Virus record (IMG/VR): IMGVR_UViG_3300045988_180913 | Origin: a virus | Length of the DNA: 64,000 nt | Strand: one strand, 5' to 3' | Shown: one piece after another, positions 51,723 through 60,726 of the stretch | How positions within the stretch are numbered: the stretch's first letter is position 1 | Layout of the letters: every line of letters begins with the position of its first letter | Program-made: the position numbers and the translations under genes | The notes under the pieces: model-generated | What the model was told of the DNA's origin: nothing | Database searches by the model: none | What the model saw: only the letters and a program-made list of their open reading frames with translations

Positions 51723-52652
51723 ATGAGCAAACTTTTAAAAGTATTAGATTATTATGGCATTCAATATGATGAAAAAATAATTTGTCCTTTTCATGGTGAT
51801 GTAAATCCAAGTTTAAAAATTGATCTTGAAAAAGATTTTTGGTTTTGTTTTGGTTGCCAAGAAGGTGGAGATGCATTTAAATTTTATAAAAAAATGCAAA
51901 TGCTAAAAGGTGAAACAAATGAATTAAAAATGTTGATGTCATATAATAAGTTAGTAAGAGATGAGCTAAAAAAAGAAGAAAATGGTAAAATAATTAGGAA
52001 AGGAGTTCAAAAGAAAGATCTTGCTTATTATAGGCAATGTTTATTGGAAGCAAAAGACTATTATGGCGGACTAAAAAAAGTAGATTGGACAAATGAAGAT
52101 AATGAAGCACTTGATTATATGATATATAGAGGGTATAGGAAAAGTACTTTAAATTCATTTGGTGCAAAAAATACATATAAAGATGTGTATCAAATAATTT
52201 TTCCAATTTTAGACAATGGAAAGTTTAAAGGATGGGTGTGTAGAACTTTTGATCCTGTTGTAGCAAAGCAAAGAAAATATCTTTATAATAAAGGTTTTAG
52301 GAGAAGAACAACATTAGCTGGAAATTATAAGGATTCAGAAGTTGTAATGCTTGTTGAAGGATATTTTGATATGATGAAAGCTAAGCAATTAGGAATAAAA
52401 AAAGTTGCTGCAATACTTGGTTGGAAAATTACAGATAGACAAATTGTTAAGTTAAAATCTCAAGGTGTTAAAAAAATAATATCAGCACTTGATAATGATG
52501 AGTGTGGCATAAAAGGGACAAGGCATTTAAAAAGATACTTTGATGTTGTAAGATTCCCATATCCAAAGAATATAAAAGATATGGGTGATATGACAAGTAA
52601 AGAAATGTATAAAATAAAAAATAATTTTAATGAATTACAGGAGGTATTGTAA
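51723..52652 (+). CDS. DNA primase (CHC2 zinc finger plus Toprim)
   Basis: CPFHGDVNPSLKIDLEKDFWFCFGCQEGGDAFKF. Toprim motifs VMLVEGYFDMM and SALDNDECG. Confidence 0.85.
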   Translation: MSKLLKVLDYYGIQYDEKIICPFHGDVNPSLKIDLEKDFWFCFGCQEGGDAFKFYKKMQMLKGETNELKMLMSYNKLVRDELKKEENGKIIRKGVQKKDLAYYRQCLLEAKDYYGGLKKVDWTNEDNEALDYMIYRGYRKSTLNSFGAKNTYKDVYQIIFPILDNGKFKGWVCRTFDPVVAKQRKYLYNKGFRRRTTLAGNYKDSEVVMLVEGYFDMMKAKQLGIKKVAAILGWKITDRQIVKLKSQGVKKIISALDNDECGIKGTRHLKRYFDVVRFPYPKNIKDMGDMTSKEMYKIKNNFNELQEVL

Positions 52653-53515
52653 TGGGCATTATCGACTCTATTAAAACAAGCGTAGCTAAGTCTGGAAGCA
52701 ATAAAGAAAAGATACTTTATGTAAGAAATGATAGTAAGGTGAGAGTAAGATTTTTGCAAGAATTTAGTGAAGGCTATCAATTTACTTTTCATGATTCATT
52801 TGAAAAAGGTGTAAATACAATATGCCAAGAGGAGCTTGGAAAAACTTGTCCATTATGTGGAGAAGAAAGTTTAAGAACAAGAATATTATATGCTTGGTCA
52901 ATATATAATTTTGATACAAAGAGGGTTGAAATAATGCTATTTGCAGTAAACAATTGCACCCCTGTCTCAAATCTTTTATCAATGTATGAAAATTATGGAA
53001 CAATTATGGATAGAGATTATGTTTTGTCAAAGTCAGGTAAGCAACAAAATACAACTTATTCAGTAATACCTATGGACAAGGAGAAGTTTAGGAATACAAA
53101 AGCAAAGCCATATACAAAGTCTGCAGTTCTTAAGATTTTGGATAAAGCTTTTGCATTACCTGATGAATATGCTAAAGATCAAGATTTTGATGATATTGAT
53201 GAAGAAGACTTTGATGAAGAAGAAGTAAAGAAAAGTAGAAAGAAAAAATTTAAGGAACTTGATGAAGATATGCCAGGTGTTGATGATAAAAAGAAGAAAA
53301 GTAAGACAAAGAAAAATTATATGACAATAGAAGATATGGAAGAGTTTTTAGATGAAAATGATGTTGACGAAGATGACTTTTTTGAATATCATGAAGTAGA
53401 TAGTTTTGAAGATTTTGGTAAAATAACAAAGAAAAAATTTATGTCATATTATAATGAGTACATTGAAGAAATGGAAAATGAATATGAAGAAGACTATGAT
53501 GAGGATGATGAATAG
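52652..53515 (+). CDS. single-stranded DNA-binding protein-like (gp32-style Zn cluster, acidic tail)
   Basis: CQEELGKTCPLCGEE cluster, an OB-like N-half, and a very acidic C-terminus ending EEDYDEDDE. Lies between primase and nucleotide genes. Confidence 0.5.
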   Translation: MGIIDSIKTSVAKSGSNKEKILYVRNDSKVRVRFLQEFSEGYQFTFHDSFEKGVNTICQEELGKTCPLCGEESLRTRILYAWSIYNFDTKRVEIMLFAVNNCTPVSNLLSMYENYGTIMDRDYVLSKSGKQQNTTYSVIPMDKEKFRNTKAKPYTKSAVLKILDKAFALPDEYAKDQDFDDIDEEDFDEEEVKKSRKKKFKELDEDMPGVDDKKKKSKTKKNYMTIEDMEEFLDENDVDEDDFFEYHEVDSFEDFGKITKKKFMSYYNEYIEEMENEYEEDYDEDDE

Positions 53516-53859
53516 TGAAAAGCCTTTATAAAAAACAAATTGAATTTCAAAACAATTTATTAAGAAATGAAAAATATGATATTGAAAATGTAGTACTTCC
53601 AGAAGATAATATATATCTTTTTAAATATCATATGCTTCAATTATTGTCTGAACTTGGTGAAGTTCTTGAATCTGACAAGAGGTGGAAAAATTATAGAAAT
53701 AAAAAGTTTGACTTTAAAGAGAAGAGAAATGAAATTGCAGATTGCTTTATAGTTCTTATGAATGTAGCAATGAGTTCAGGCATGACATATGAAGAAATAT
53801 ATAAAAGCATAGAAGAAAAGATAGATGAAAATTTTGAAAGGGTAAAGAATGAGGGGTAA
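53515..53859 (+). CDS. dimeric dUTPase-like / all-alpha dNTP pyrophosphatase
   Basis: GTG start coupled to the upstream TAG. QIEFQNNL...HMLQLLSELGEVLESDKRWKNYR...EIADCFIVLMNVA is like the dUTPase_2/MazG superfamily. Confidence 0.6.
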   Translation: MKSLYKKQIEFQNNLLRNEKYDIENVVLPEDNIYLFKYHMLQLLSELGEVLESDKRWKNYRNKKFDFKEKRNEIADCFIVLMNVAMSSGMTYEEIYKSIEEKIDENFERVKNEG

Positions 53860-53861
53860 AT

Positions 53862-54293
53862 ATGTTTATTATTTTTGAAGGTGCTGATAAGACAGGTAAA
53901 AGTACTTTAATAAAAAAATTAAATGAAGTTACTGATTATAAGCACTGGGTTTTAGACAGAGGAATTATTTCATCAATTGTATATAATGATATATACAAAA
54001 GAAAAAATGAAAAGATGTATTTTAAATATCTTGAAAAAATAAAAGAAATGAATCCTTTGATTATTTTTACATATTCAAGCATAGAAAACATAGAAGGTAG
54101 ACTAAATAACTCAAAAGAAGAATTACCAAATGTTCAAAGAGAGTATGGTCTTGAAGGAATACAATTTAAATTTTTAGACTATATTCAAAAAAGCGGTTTA
54201 AGATATGTAATTGTATCAACAAATGAAACAATAGAAGAAAATTTAGATTACATTTTAAAGGTTATAGAAGAGGAAGAGTTAAATGAAGAATAA
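53862..54293 (+). CDS. dNMP (thymidylate-kinase-like) kinase
   Basis: P-loop IIFEGADKTGKSTL, as in Tmk (I.FEG.D.sGKsT). Short, at 143 aa. Confidence 0.6.
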   Translation: MFIIFEGADKTGKSTLIKKLNEVTDYKHWVLDRGIISSIVYNDIYKRKNEKMYFKYLEKIKEMNPLIIFTYSSIENIEGRLNNSKEELPNVQREYGLEGIQFKFLDYIQKSGLRYVIVSTNETIEENLDYILKVIEEEELNEE

Positions 54294-55440
54294 AAATGAA
54301 AATCTTACATTTGTATTTGATGTAGATGATACTATATGTCATACAAGTAATAGAGAGTATAAGAATTCGGTTCCAGATGTAGAAGTCATTGAGAAAATAA
54401 ATAAATTATATGATTTAGGAAATAAAATAGTATTATACACTTCAAGAGGTATGGTATCTTGTGATGGTGATATAGAAAAAGCTATTGAAAAAAATGAAAG
54501 CATATTAAAAGAATGGCTTAAAGAAAATGATGTTAAATATAGTGAATTAATTTTTGGAAAGCCTATAGCAGATTTTTACATTGATGATAGATGCATGAAT
54601 GTGAAAGGATTTAAAGAATCAAAGTTTGAAGAGTTTAATACAGGTAAAAGTGGTAAAAAAGTATATAGGTTTGGTGAATATGTTTTAAAGTTTGCAGACT
54701 TTTATAAAAGAACAAGGATGAAAAATTTTGAAAAGTATAAACCTAATGATATAAGATCACCAAAGATAATATCAAGCTTAAATAATAAAATATATATAGA
54801 GTATGTTGATGGTAAACCTCTAATTGATCTGGTAGCCAATGGTAATTATGATTTGTTTTCAAAGTTATTTTTTAAGGATATAAATAAGTTAAAAAATAAA
54901 GATAATTTTACAATTGGAGTTGACATTGTAGATCTATTTCATAAATTAGATTTGAATGTAAATAATGATAAAGAAGAATACTATGGATTAAATGATGTTA
55001 AGCTTGTTGACAAAGCAAAAAGATTAATAAGATCAGTTTCAGGTACATTATACGAAAATAAGTCAATGTCCCATGGTGATATGATAATGAGCAACATATT
55101 ATATTCAAAAGATGGACTTATATATCTTGACTCAGAATTTAATATGTTTTGTAGTACCTACATAATGGATTTAGCAAAAATGTATATGTCATTTTTAGGT
55201 TACGAAAATATTTTTGGCATATCAGAAAAGAAGATTAGTAAGTCTTATATAAAAAGATATTATAAAGATGTAAAAGTTAGATATGGTAAAAAAGTAGCTT
55301 TTGCAATGGTAGCTTTAACATATCATTATATTGTAAGACTTATAAGATATAATAAAGATCAATTGCAAAATGTAAATAAATTGATTGCAATTCTGGAGGA
55401 ATATAATGGAAAACAAATTAAAGAGCTCCTTGGAAAATAA
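54283..55440 (+). CDS. bifunctional HAD-family phosphatase / APH-ChoK-fold kinase
   Basis: HAD motifs FVFDVDDTICHT (DxDxT), LYTSRG and GKPIADFYIDDR. Kinase motifs SHGDMIMSNILY (HGDxxxxN) and IYLDSEF. Confidence 0.7.
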   Translation: MKNKNENLTFVFDVDDTICHTSNREYKNSVPDVEVIEKINKLYDLGNKIVLYTSRGMVSCDGDIEKAIEKNESILKEWLKENDVKYSELIFGKPIADFYIDDRCMNVKGFKESKFEEFNTGKSGKKVYRFGEYVLKFADFYKRTRMKNFEKYKPNDIRSPKIISSLNNKIYIEYVDGKPLIDLVANGNYDLFSKLFFKDINKLKNKDNFTIGVDIVDLFHKLDLNVNNDKEEYYGLNDVKLVDKAKRLIRSVSGTLYENKSMSHGDMIMSNILYSKDGLIYLDSEFNMFCSTYIMDLAKMYMSFLGYENIFGISEKKISKSYIKRYYKDVKVRYGKKVAFAMVALTYHYIVRLIRYNKDQLQNVNKLIAILEEYNGKQIKELLGK

Positions 55441-55849
55441 AAAAGTAGGATTTACATCAGTTGTAGGTGACTTACTACATGCAGGACATGTTGTAATGTT
55501 AGATGAATGTAAAATGTATTGTGACTACTTATATGTAGGAATAATTATAGATCCAACAAAAGATAGGTCATTTAAGAATAAACCAATTCAATCTTCTTTT
55601 GAAAGATATTGTCAAGTAGTATCACATAGGTCAGTCGATGAAGTAATACCTCTTGATGGAGAAGATGACTTATTGTTAGCTTTAAAAACATTACCAATAA
55701 ACATGAGATTTGTAGGGGAAGATTACAAAGGAAAAGATTTCACCGGCAAAAAAGAATGTATTGATCTTGGTATTGATATCATTTACAATAAGAGAAAACA
55801 TGGGCTTAGTTCAAATGAGCTTAGAGAAAGGATTGAAGCAAATGCATAA
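55406..55849 (+). CDS. HxGH nucleotidyltransferase (cytidylyltransferase-like; TagD / RfaE-domain-II type)
   Basis: GGAGGAA RBS. GFTSVVGDLLHAGHVVML (HxGH), VDEVIPL, VGEDYKGKDFTGKKE and KHGLSSNELRERI (the RxxGxST-like end). Confidence 0.75.
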   Translation: MENKLKSSLENKKVGFTSVVGDLLHAGHVVMLDECKMYCDYLYVGIIIDPTKDRSFKNKPIQSSFERYCQVVSHRSVDEVIPLDGEDDLLLALKTLPINMRFVGEDYKGKDFTGKKECIDLGIDIIYNKRKHGLSSNELRERIEANA

Positions 55850-56819
55850 AAAAGTATTTGTTGGAAAAGCAGGTCAAAAATTAATTTTTGATAGAGATAG
55901 TAAAGAGGCAAAAAGAAACAATATGAATGGTGGGTTAGATGCATATTTGTTTTTTGATTTGTTATTCAAAAATTTTAGTGATGTAGAGTTTTATATGTTA
56001 GGTGATTGTGATAGTGGAATTAAAAAATATAGTAATGTAACGTATGTTGACACAATAGAAGCATTAAATGGTAATGAGTTTGATTGTGGTTTGATATTTG
56101 CAGGTGTTTATAATAAAGATGATAGATTATGTAAATATTTAACTAAGAAGAATAAAACAAAATGGTATATGTTTAGTACAGATCCAAGATGTTTAATGCA
56201 AAATGTACAACTTAATAAATATCCTGAAAAAATATATGCTTTGTCAAATAGTTGTGTTGTATACTTACAATCTTCTGAAAATGCAAAATTATTTAGAACA
56301 CATTATCTTCCTTTAGAGAGATTAATGATAATGAGTAATATAAAACCACCAAAAATAGATAAAGATCTTTCAGTGGTCATATCTACATCCAGTAGTGATA
56401 TATATGATAGGGAAAAGTATATCATAAATTATGTAAAAATAGCAACAAGTTTTTTTGGTGAAAACAAAGTACAGGTATATGGCAGGTTAAAAGAGGAAAA
56501 TATTAAAAAATTAGGTAAACAATATAAAGGTGTTTTAGATTATGATGAATTTATAAAAGTTTTTAGAAGAGCAAAATATACTTTATGTATGCCATCAAAT
56601 GAAGGGTGGGTAACATCAAAATATATAGAAGCTTTAAATAATGATGTTGTACCATTTTTTCATAAAGATTATGGTATAGAATTAATTAAAAATGTAAAAA
56701 ATATTGAATATGAAGAAGACTTTGAAAAATGTTTAAAAAGTATAAAAAATCAACTAAATTATGATGAAAATTATAAAGGTGAAGAAATAATAAAAGAAAT
56801 AGAAAAAATATTAAAATAA
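55842..56819 (+). CDS. GT-B-like transferase resembling T4 DNA beta-glucosyltransferase
   Basis: The ORF 55761 frame with ATG 55842 overlaps the upstream stop. KWYMFSTDPR is compared with T4 BGT KIYYLFTDIR, and WVTSKYIEALNNDVV with FITLRVWETMASDAV. T4 sequences are recalled from memory. Confidence 0.45.
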   Translation: MHKKVFVGKAGQKLIFDRDSKEAKRNNMNGGLDAYLFFDLLFKNFSDVEFYMLGDCDSGIKKYSNVTYVDTIEALNGNEFDCGLIFAGVYNKDDRLCKYLTKKNKTKWYMFSTDPRCLMQNVQLNKYPEKIYALSNSCVVYLQSSENAKLFRTHYLPLERLMIMSNIKPPKIDKDLSVVISTSSSDIYDREKYIINYVKIATSFFGENKVQVYGRLKEENIKKLGKQYKGVLDYDEFIKVFRRAKYTLCMPSNEGWVTSKYIEALNNDVVPFFHKDYGIELIKNVKNIEYEEDFEKCLKSIKNQLNYDENYKGEEIIKEIEKILK

Positions 56820-56831
56820 GGAGGAAAAAAT

Positions 56832-57773
56832 ATGTATATTGAAGTAAATAGTGTTGCTGAAATATATAAGACTTTAGGTAGAGAGCTATTGATGAATGGT
56901 GAAAAAGTCTATCCAAAAGGTATTGAAACAAAAGAAATATTAGCTCCAAAAATTAGATTATTAAATCCTAAAAATAATCTTGCATATAATGAAAGTAGAA
57001 AATTTAATCTAATTTATGCTTTAGTAGAAAGCTTAATGTTATTTAATGAAACAAAAGAAGTAAAATATTTTAGTAAATTTAATAATAATATTATAAATTA
57101 TTCTGACAATGGAAAATCTTTATATGGAGCATATGGTAAAAGAATAGCTCCAATGATAAAAAAAATTATAAACAAACTTAAAAATGATAAAGATTCAAGA
57201 CAAGCTGTATTATCAATATATAATAATGATTTTTATATAGATACAAAAGATGTACCATGTACATTAAGCATTCAATTTATAGTAAGAAATGAAAAGTTGA
57301 ATGCAATAACAACAATGAGAAGTAATGATATAATCTGGGGATTACCATATGATATATTTATGTTTACAAATTTACAACAAGTTATAGCAAATACTTTAAA
57401 TCTTAAATTAGGATGGTATGAGCATAATCCCACAAGTATGCATGTATATTCAAATCATTACAATATGCTTAAAGAAATGTCAAACACTTGTGAGCCAATT
57501 GAAACAAATAATGATTTAGATTATTCATCATTTAAGTATCAAGCATGTAAATATTTGTTGCCAATTGTATTTGATGATTTGGATAATGATACAAGTGAAA
57601 ATGAATTAGAAAATATATGTAAGATGTTATATGATAAGCAAGAACTTGAGTATCTTATATTGATAATGAAAGAGATAATGTATAGAAGAAAAAAATATGA
57701 CTCTATAATTTGGAATATAAAAACACCTGAATGGTCTAAAAAATTTACAAAGAGGTGGAAAGAAAATGCTTGA
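56832..57773 (+). CDS. thymidylate-synthase-family pyrimidine hydroxymethylase-like enzyme (Asp at base-specificity position)
   Basis: DSRQAVLSIY, catalytic VPCT, MRSNDIIWGLPYD and SMHVYSNHY parallel ThyA and T4 gp42. The residue after G-L-P-Y is D (as in gp42 D179), not N (ThyA N177). Confidence 0.7.
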   Translation: MYIEVNSVAEIYKTLGRELLMNGEKVYPKGIETKEILAPKIRLLNPKNNLAYNESRKFNLIYALVESLMLFNETKEVKYFSKFNNNIINYSDNGKSLYGAYGKRIAPMIKKIINKLKNDKDSRQAVLSIYNNDFYIDTKDVPCTLSIQFIVRNEKLNAITTMRSNDIIWGLPYDIFMFTNLQQVIANTLNLKLGWYEHNPTSMHVYSNHYNMLKEMSNTCEPIETNNDLDYSSFKYQACKYLLPIVFDDLDNDTSENELENICKMLYDKQELEYLILIMKEIMYRRKKYDSIIWNIKTPEWSKKFTKRWKENA

Positions 57774-60540
57774 TTTGCATAGGCATACAGAATTTAGTAC
57801 ATTTGATGGATTTGGTAAAACAAGTGAAGTTGCTAAATATGCAAAAGAAATAGGATATGATGCTCTTGGCATATCAGACCATGGCAATATGTCAGGTTTA
57901 GTTACTCATTATTTTTCGTGTAAAGAAAATGGTATAAAGCCAATAATGGGTTGTGAAGTTTATTTTATGCCAAAGTTTAAACAAACAAGAACATCATATC
58001 ATTTATGTTTATATGTAAAAAATTTAAAAGGGTATAGAGTTCTTAATGAATTGGTAACAAAAGCAAATTTTGATAATTTTTATTATAAAGCAATAATTGA
58101 CTTTGATATGCTTGAAAAAAATCATGAAGGATTGATTTGCACATCAGCTTGTATAGGTGGAGCTATTTCAACTTTAATTTCAAAAGGAAAAGATGATGTA
58201 GCATATAATGTTGCAAAAAGATTTAAAGATGTTTTTGGTGATGACTATTATATAGAGATTCAACCTTATAAGTTGACAGAAAAAGGGCTACAGGAAGCTG
58301 TAAATATTAAATTAATGCAGTTGGCAAAAAAATTAAAAATAAAATGTATATTGACATCAGATTCACATTATATAAATAAAGATGATTTTGATACATATTT
58401 AAAAATGCATGATATTGCAGGTCATAAAGATTTTGGTGCTCAATATGAAGAAAGATATATGCCAACAAAAAAAGAATTAATAAAAAGATTTGTGAAAATG
58501 CATGGTGATGATAGTGAATTATTTGCAGATGAAATAGAGGCAAAAAAATTTGCAAAGACATGCATAAAAAATCTCGATGAAATATCTTCAAAAGTAGATG
58601 ATGAAATTCTTGAAAAATTACCATTAGCTTTACCTGTTTTTAATGAAAATATAAATAGTACAAAATTATTAAAATTAAATATAATTAAAGGTTTAAAGAA
58701 AAGAGGAAAGTATAATAAACAATATCTTGATAGATGTAAAGAAGAATTTGAAGTAATAAAGTATCATGGTTTTGAAGATTATTTTTTAATGGTTCAAGAT
58801 TATGTGCAATATGCAAGAGACTCTGGTATTGAGGTTGGACCAGGAAGAGGGTCAGTTTGTAATAGTTTAGTTGCTTATGCTCTTGGCATTACAGATGTGG
58901 ATAGTATAATTTTTGATTTAGATTTTAGAAGATTTTTGAGAAAAGATAAGAAAAAATTTCCAGATATTGATATGGACTTTGAAACAAGCAGAAGAGGAGA
59001 GGTCATTGAATATCTTGTAAATAAGTATGAAAGTAAAGCAGCAAGAATATGTTCATATGGATTATACAAAGTAGATAATTTATTAAATGATTTATTCAAA
59101 ATTTGTGGATTAAAACTTGCTGATAAAGATGATCCTGAAAAAAGTGAAAAAGATAAAACAATTATATCGATTCAAAAAGCAATAAAGAATAAAGTAAAAG
59201 AATATATAGATGAAGAAACATCTTCATTTAATTATGATGAAGCTCAATATGATGAAGAAATAAAATATTATAACAACAAATATGATGATATTATAAAACA
59301 TTTTAGTAAGCTATATAAAAAAGTAAGATTCTTTGGTACTCATGCAGCTGGTGTTGCAATCTCAGGATCAAACATATTAAATTATACCTCAATAGTAAGA
59401 AGAGCAAAAGATATGTACACAACTACATATGATCTTGTTGATATTGAAAATATTAATGTAATTAAATTTGATATGCTTGGTCTTAGAACAATGAGTATTA
59501 TGAAAGAGTTAAGAGATATAACTGATAGTGATCATTATTTTAATTATGATTTGCTAAATGATGAAAAAATATATGAAGAATTTGGAAAAGCAAATACAGA
59601 TGGTATTTTTCAATTTGAAGCAAAAGGTGCAAAAAATATACTAAAAGAAATTGAATGTGATTGCTATCAAGATGTAATTGCCGCAAGTGCATTAAATAGA
59701 CCTGGTCCATTATCATTAGGTATGGTGGAAGAATATGCAAATGAAAAGAAAAATGTAAGAAATGGTATAAAAGAAAAAAATCATAAAGATAATATATTTT
59801 TTCAATATGCAGATGATACTTATGGTACATTCGTTTATCAAGAGCAGATCATGAAAGTATGCACTGAACTTGGTGGAATGACATGGGCTGAGGCTGATAA
59901 GGTAATGAAATTTTTAAAATCAGGCTCAGGCATGACAGAAAAAGCACTTGAAATAAAAATGCAAGAAGAAGAAAAGCTTACAAATAAATTTGTTGAAGGT
60001 GCAAGCAAAAAAGGAATAAAAGAAAAAGAAGCAAGAGAAATTTTTAATAAACTTTTAGTATATTCATTTAATAAAGGTCATGCTGTTGGATATGCATTGA
60101 TTTCAATAGAACAAATGTTTTACAAAATTTATTATAATACACAATTTTGGTATGTTACATTAAAGTATGCAAATGAAAAAGATGTACCAAGATTGAGTTC
60201 AAAAGCTGTAAAAGATGGTTGTGTTATTTTACTTCCTCATGTAAATGGAGCAGCATATCATAAGATAACAAAAATAGATGGAGATGTTTGCATAAGAGAA
60301 GGAACTTCCACAATAAAAAATGTCGGTTTAAAAGCTGCTCAATATATAGAAGAAGAAAGAAACAAAAATGGTAAATTTAAAGACTATGATGATTTTTATG
60401 ATAGAATGGAACCATATAGAAGAGTTGTAAACAAAAGAGTTTTAGAAGCATTAAAAGAAAGTGGAGCATTAGAGTTTGATAAAAAAATATATTTTGGTAG
60501 ATGTCAAAAATATAATAGTGCTCTATATGGTAGGGGGTAG
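57766..60540 (+). CDS. dnaE: DNA polymerase III alpha-like replicase (DnaE type, PHP domain)
   Basis: PHP motifs LDLHRHTEFSTFDG, ISDHGNM, GCEVY and TSDSHY. Palm motifs FPDIDMDF, HAAGVAI and KFDMLGLRT. 924 aa. Confidence 0.9.
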   Translation: MLDLHRHTEFSTFDGFGKTSEVAKYAKEIGYDALGISDHGNMSGLVTHYFSCKENGIKPIMGCEVYFMPKFKQTRTSYHLCLYVKNLKGYRVLNELVTKANFDNFYYKAIIDFDMLEKNHEGLICTSACIGGAISTLISKGKDDVAYNVAKRFKDVFGDDYYIEIQPYKLTEKGLQEAVNIKLMQLAKKLKIKCILTSDSHYINKDDFDTYLKMHDIAGHKDFGAQYEERYMPTKKELIKRFVKMHGDDSELFADEIEAKKFAKTCIKNLDEISSKVDDEILEKLPLALPVFNENINSTKLLKLNIIKGLKKRGKYNKQYLDRCKEEFEVIKYHGFEDYFLMVQDYVQYARDSGIEVGPGRGSVCNSLVAYALGITDVDSIIFDLDFRRFLRKDKKKFPDIDMDFETSRRGEVIEYLVNKYESKAARICSYGLYKVDNLLNDLFKICGLKLADKDDPEKSEKDKTIISIQKAIKNKVKEYIDEETSSFNYDEAQYDEEIKYYNNKYDDIIKHFSKLYKKVRFFGTHAAGVAISGSNILNYTSIVRRAKDMYTTTYDLVDIENINVIKFDMLGLRTMSIMKELRDITDSDHYFNYDLLNDEKIYEEFGKANTDGIFQFEAKGAKNILKEIECDCYQDVIAASALNRPGPLSLGMVEEYANEKKNVRNGIKEKNHKDNIFFQYADDTYGTFVYQEQIMKVCTELGGMTWAEADKVMKFLKSGSGMTEKALEIKMQEEEKLTNKFVEGASKKGIKEKEAREIFNKLLVYSFNKGHAVGYALISIEQMFYKIYYNTQFWYVTLKYANEKDVPRLSSKAVKDGCVILLPHVNGAAYHKITKIDGDVCIREGTSTIKNVGLKAAQYIEEERNKNGKFKDYDDFYDRMEPYRRVVNKRVLEALKESGALEFDKKIYFGRCQKYNSALYGRG

Positions 60541-60555
60541 AGTTTAATAATATAA

Positions 60556-60654
60556 TCAGAAGCTTCTGAGTGAACCTATATTAGCTTTAAGTAGACATTG
60601 TCTATAAAAACCTAATAAAAAATAGAAAGTTCATTCAGAGGCTTATTTTTTTTA
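60556..60654 (+). terminator. extended hairpin plus U-tract element (homologous to 15121..15228)
   Basis: AAGCTTCTGAGTGAAC (60560-75) pairs with GTTCATTCAGAGGCTT (60629-44): 16 bp with 2 G.U pairs. ATTTTTTTT follows. Inner hairpin TAGAC-att-GTCTA. Confidence 0.6.
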
Positions 60655-60656
60655 TA

Positions 60657-60685
60657 TATACATTTTAATAAAAATGTGTTATAAT
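60657..60685 (+). promoter_or_regulatory. sigma-A-type promoter (family copy P11, weaker -35)
   Basis: TATACA (60657-62), 17 nt, TGT-TATAAT (60677-85). Confidence 0.55.
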
Positions 60686-60726
60686 TATATAGTAACAATT
60701 TAGTAATTTAGTGAAAGGATTAGTAA

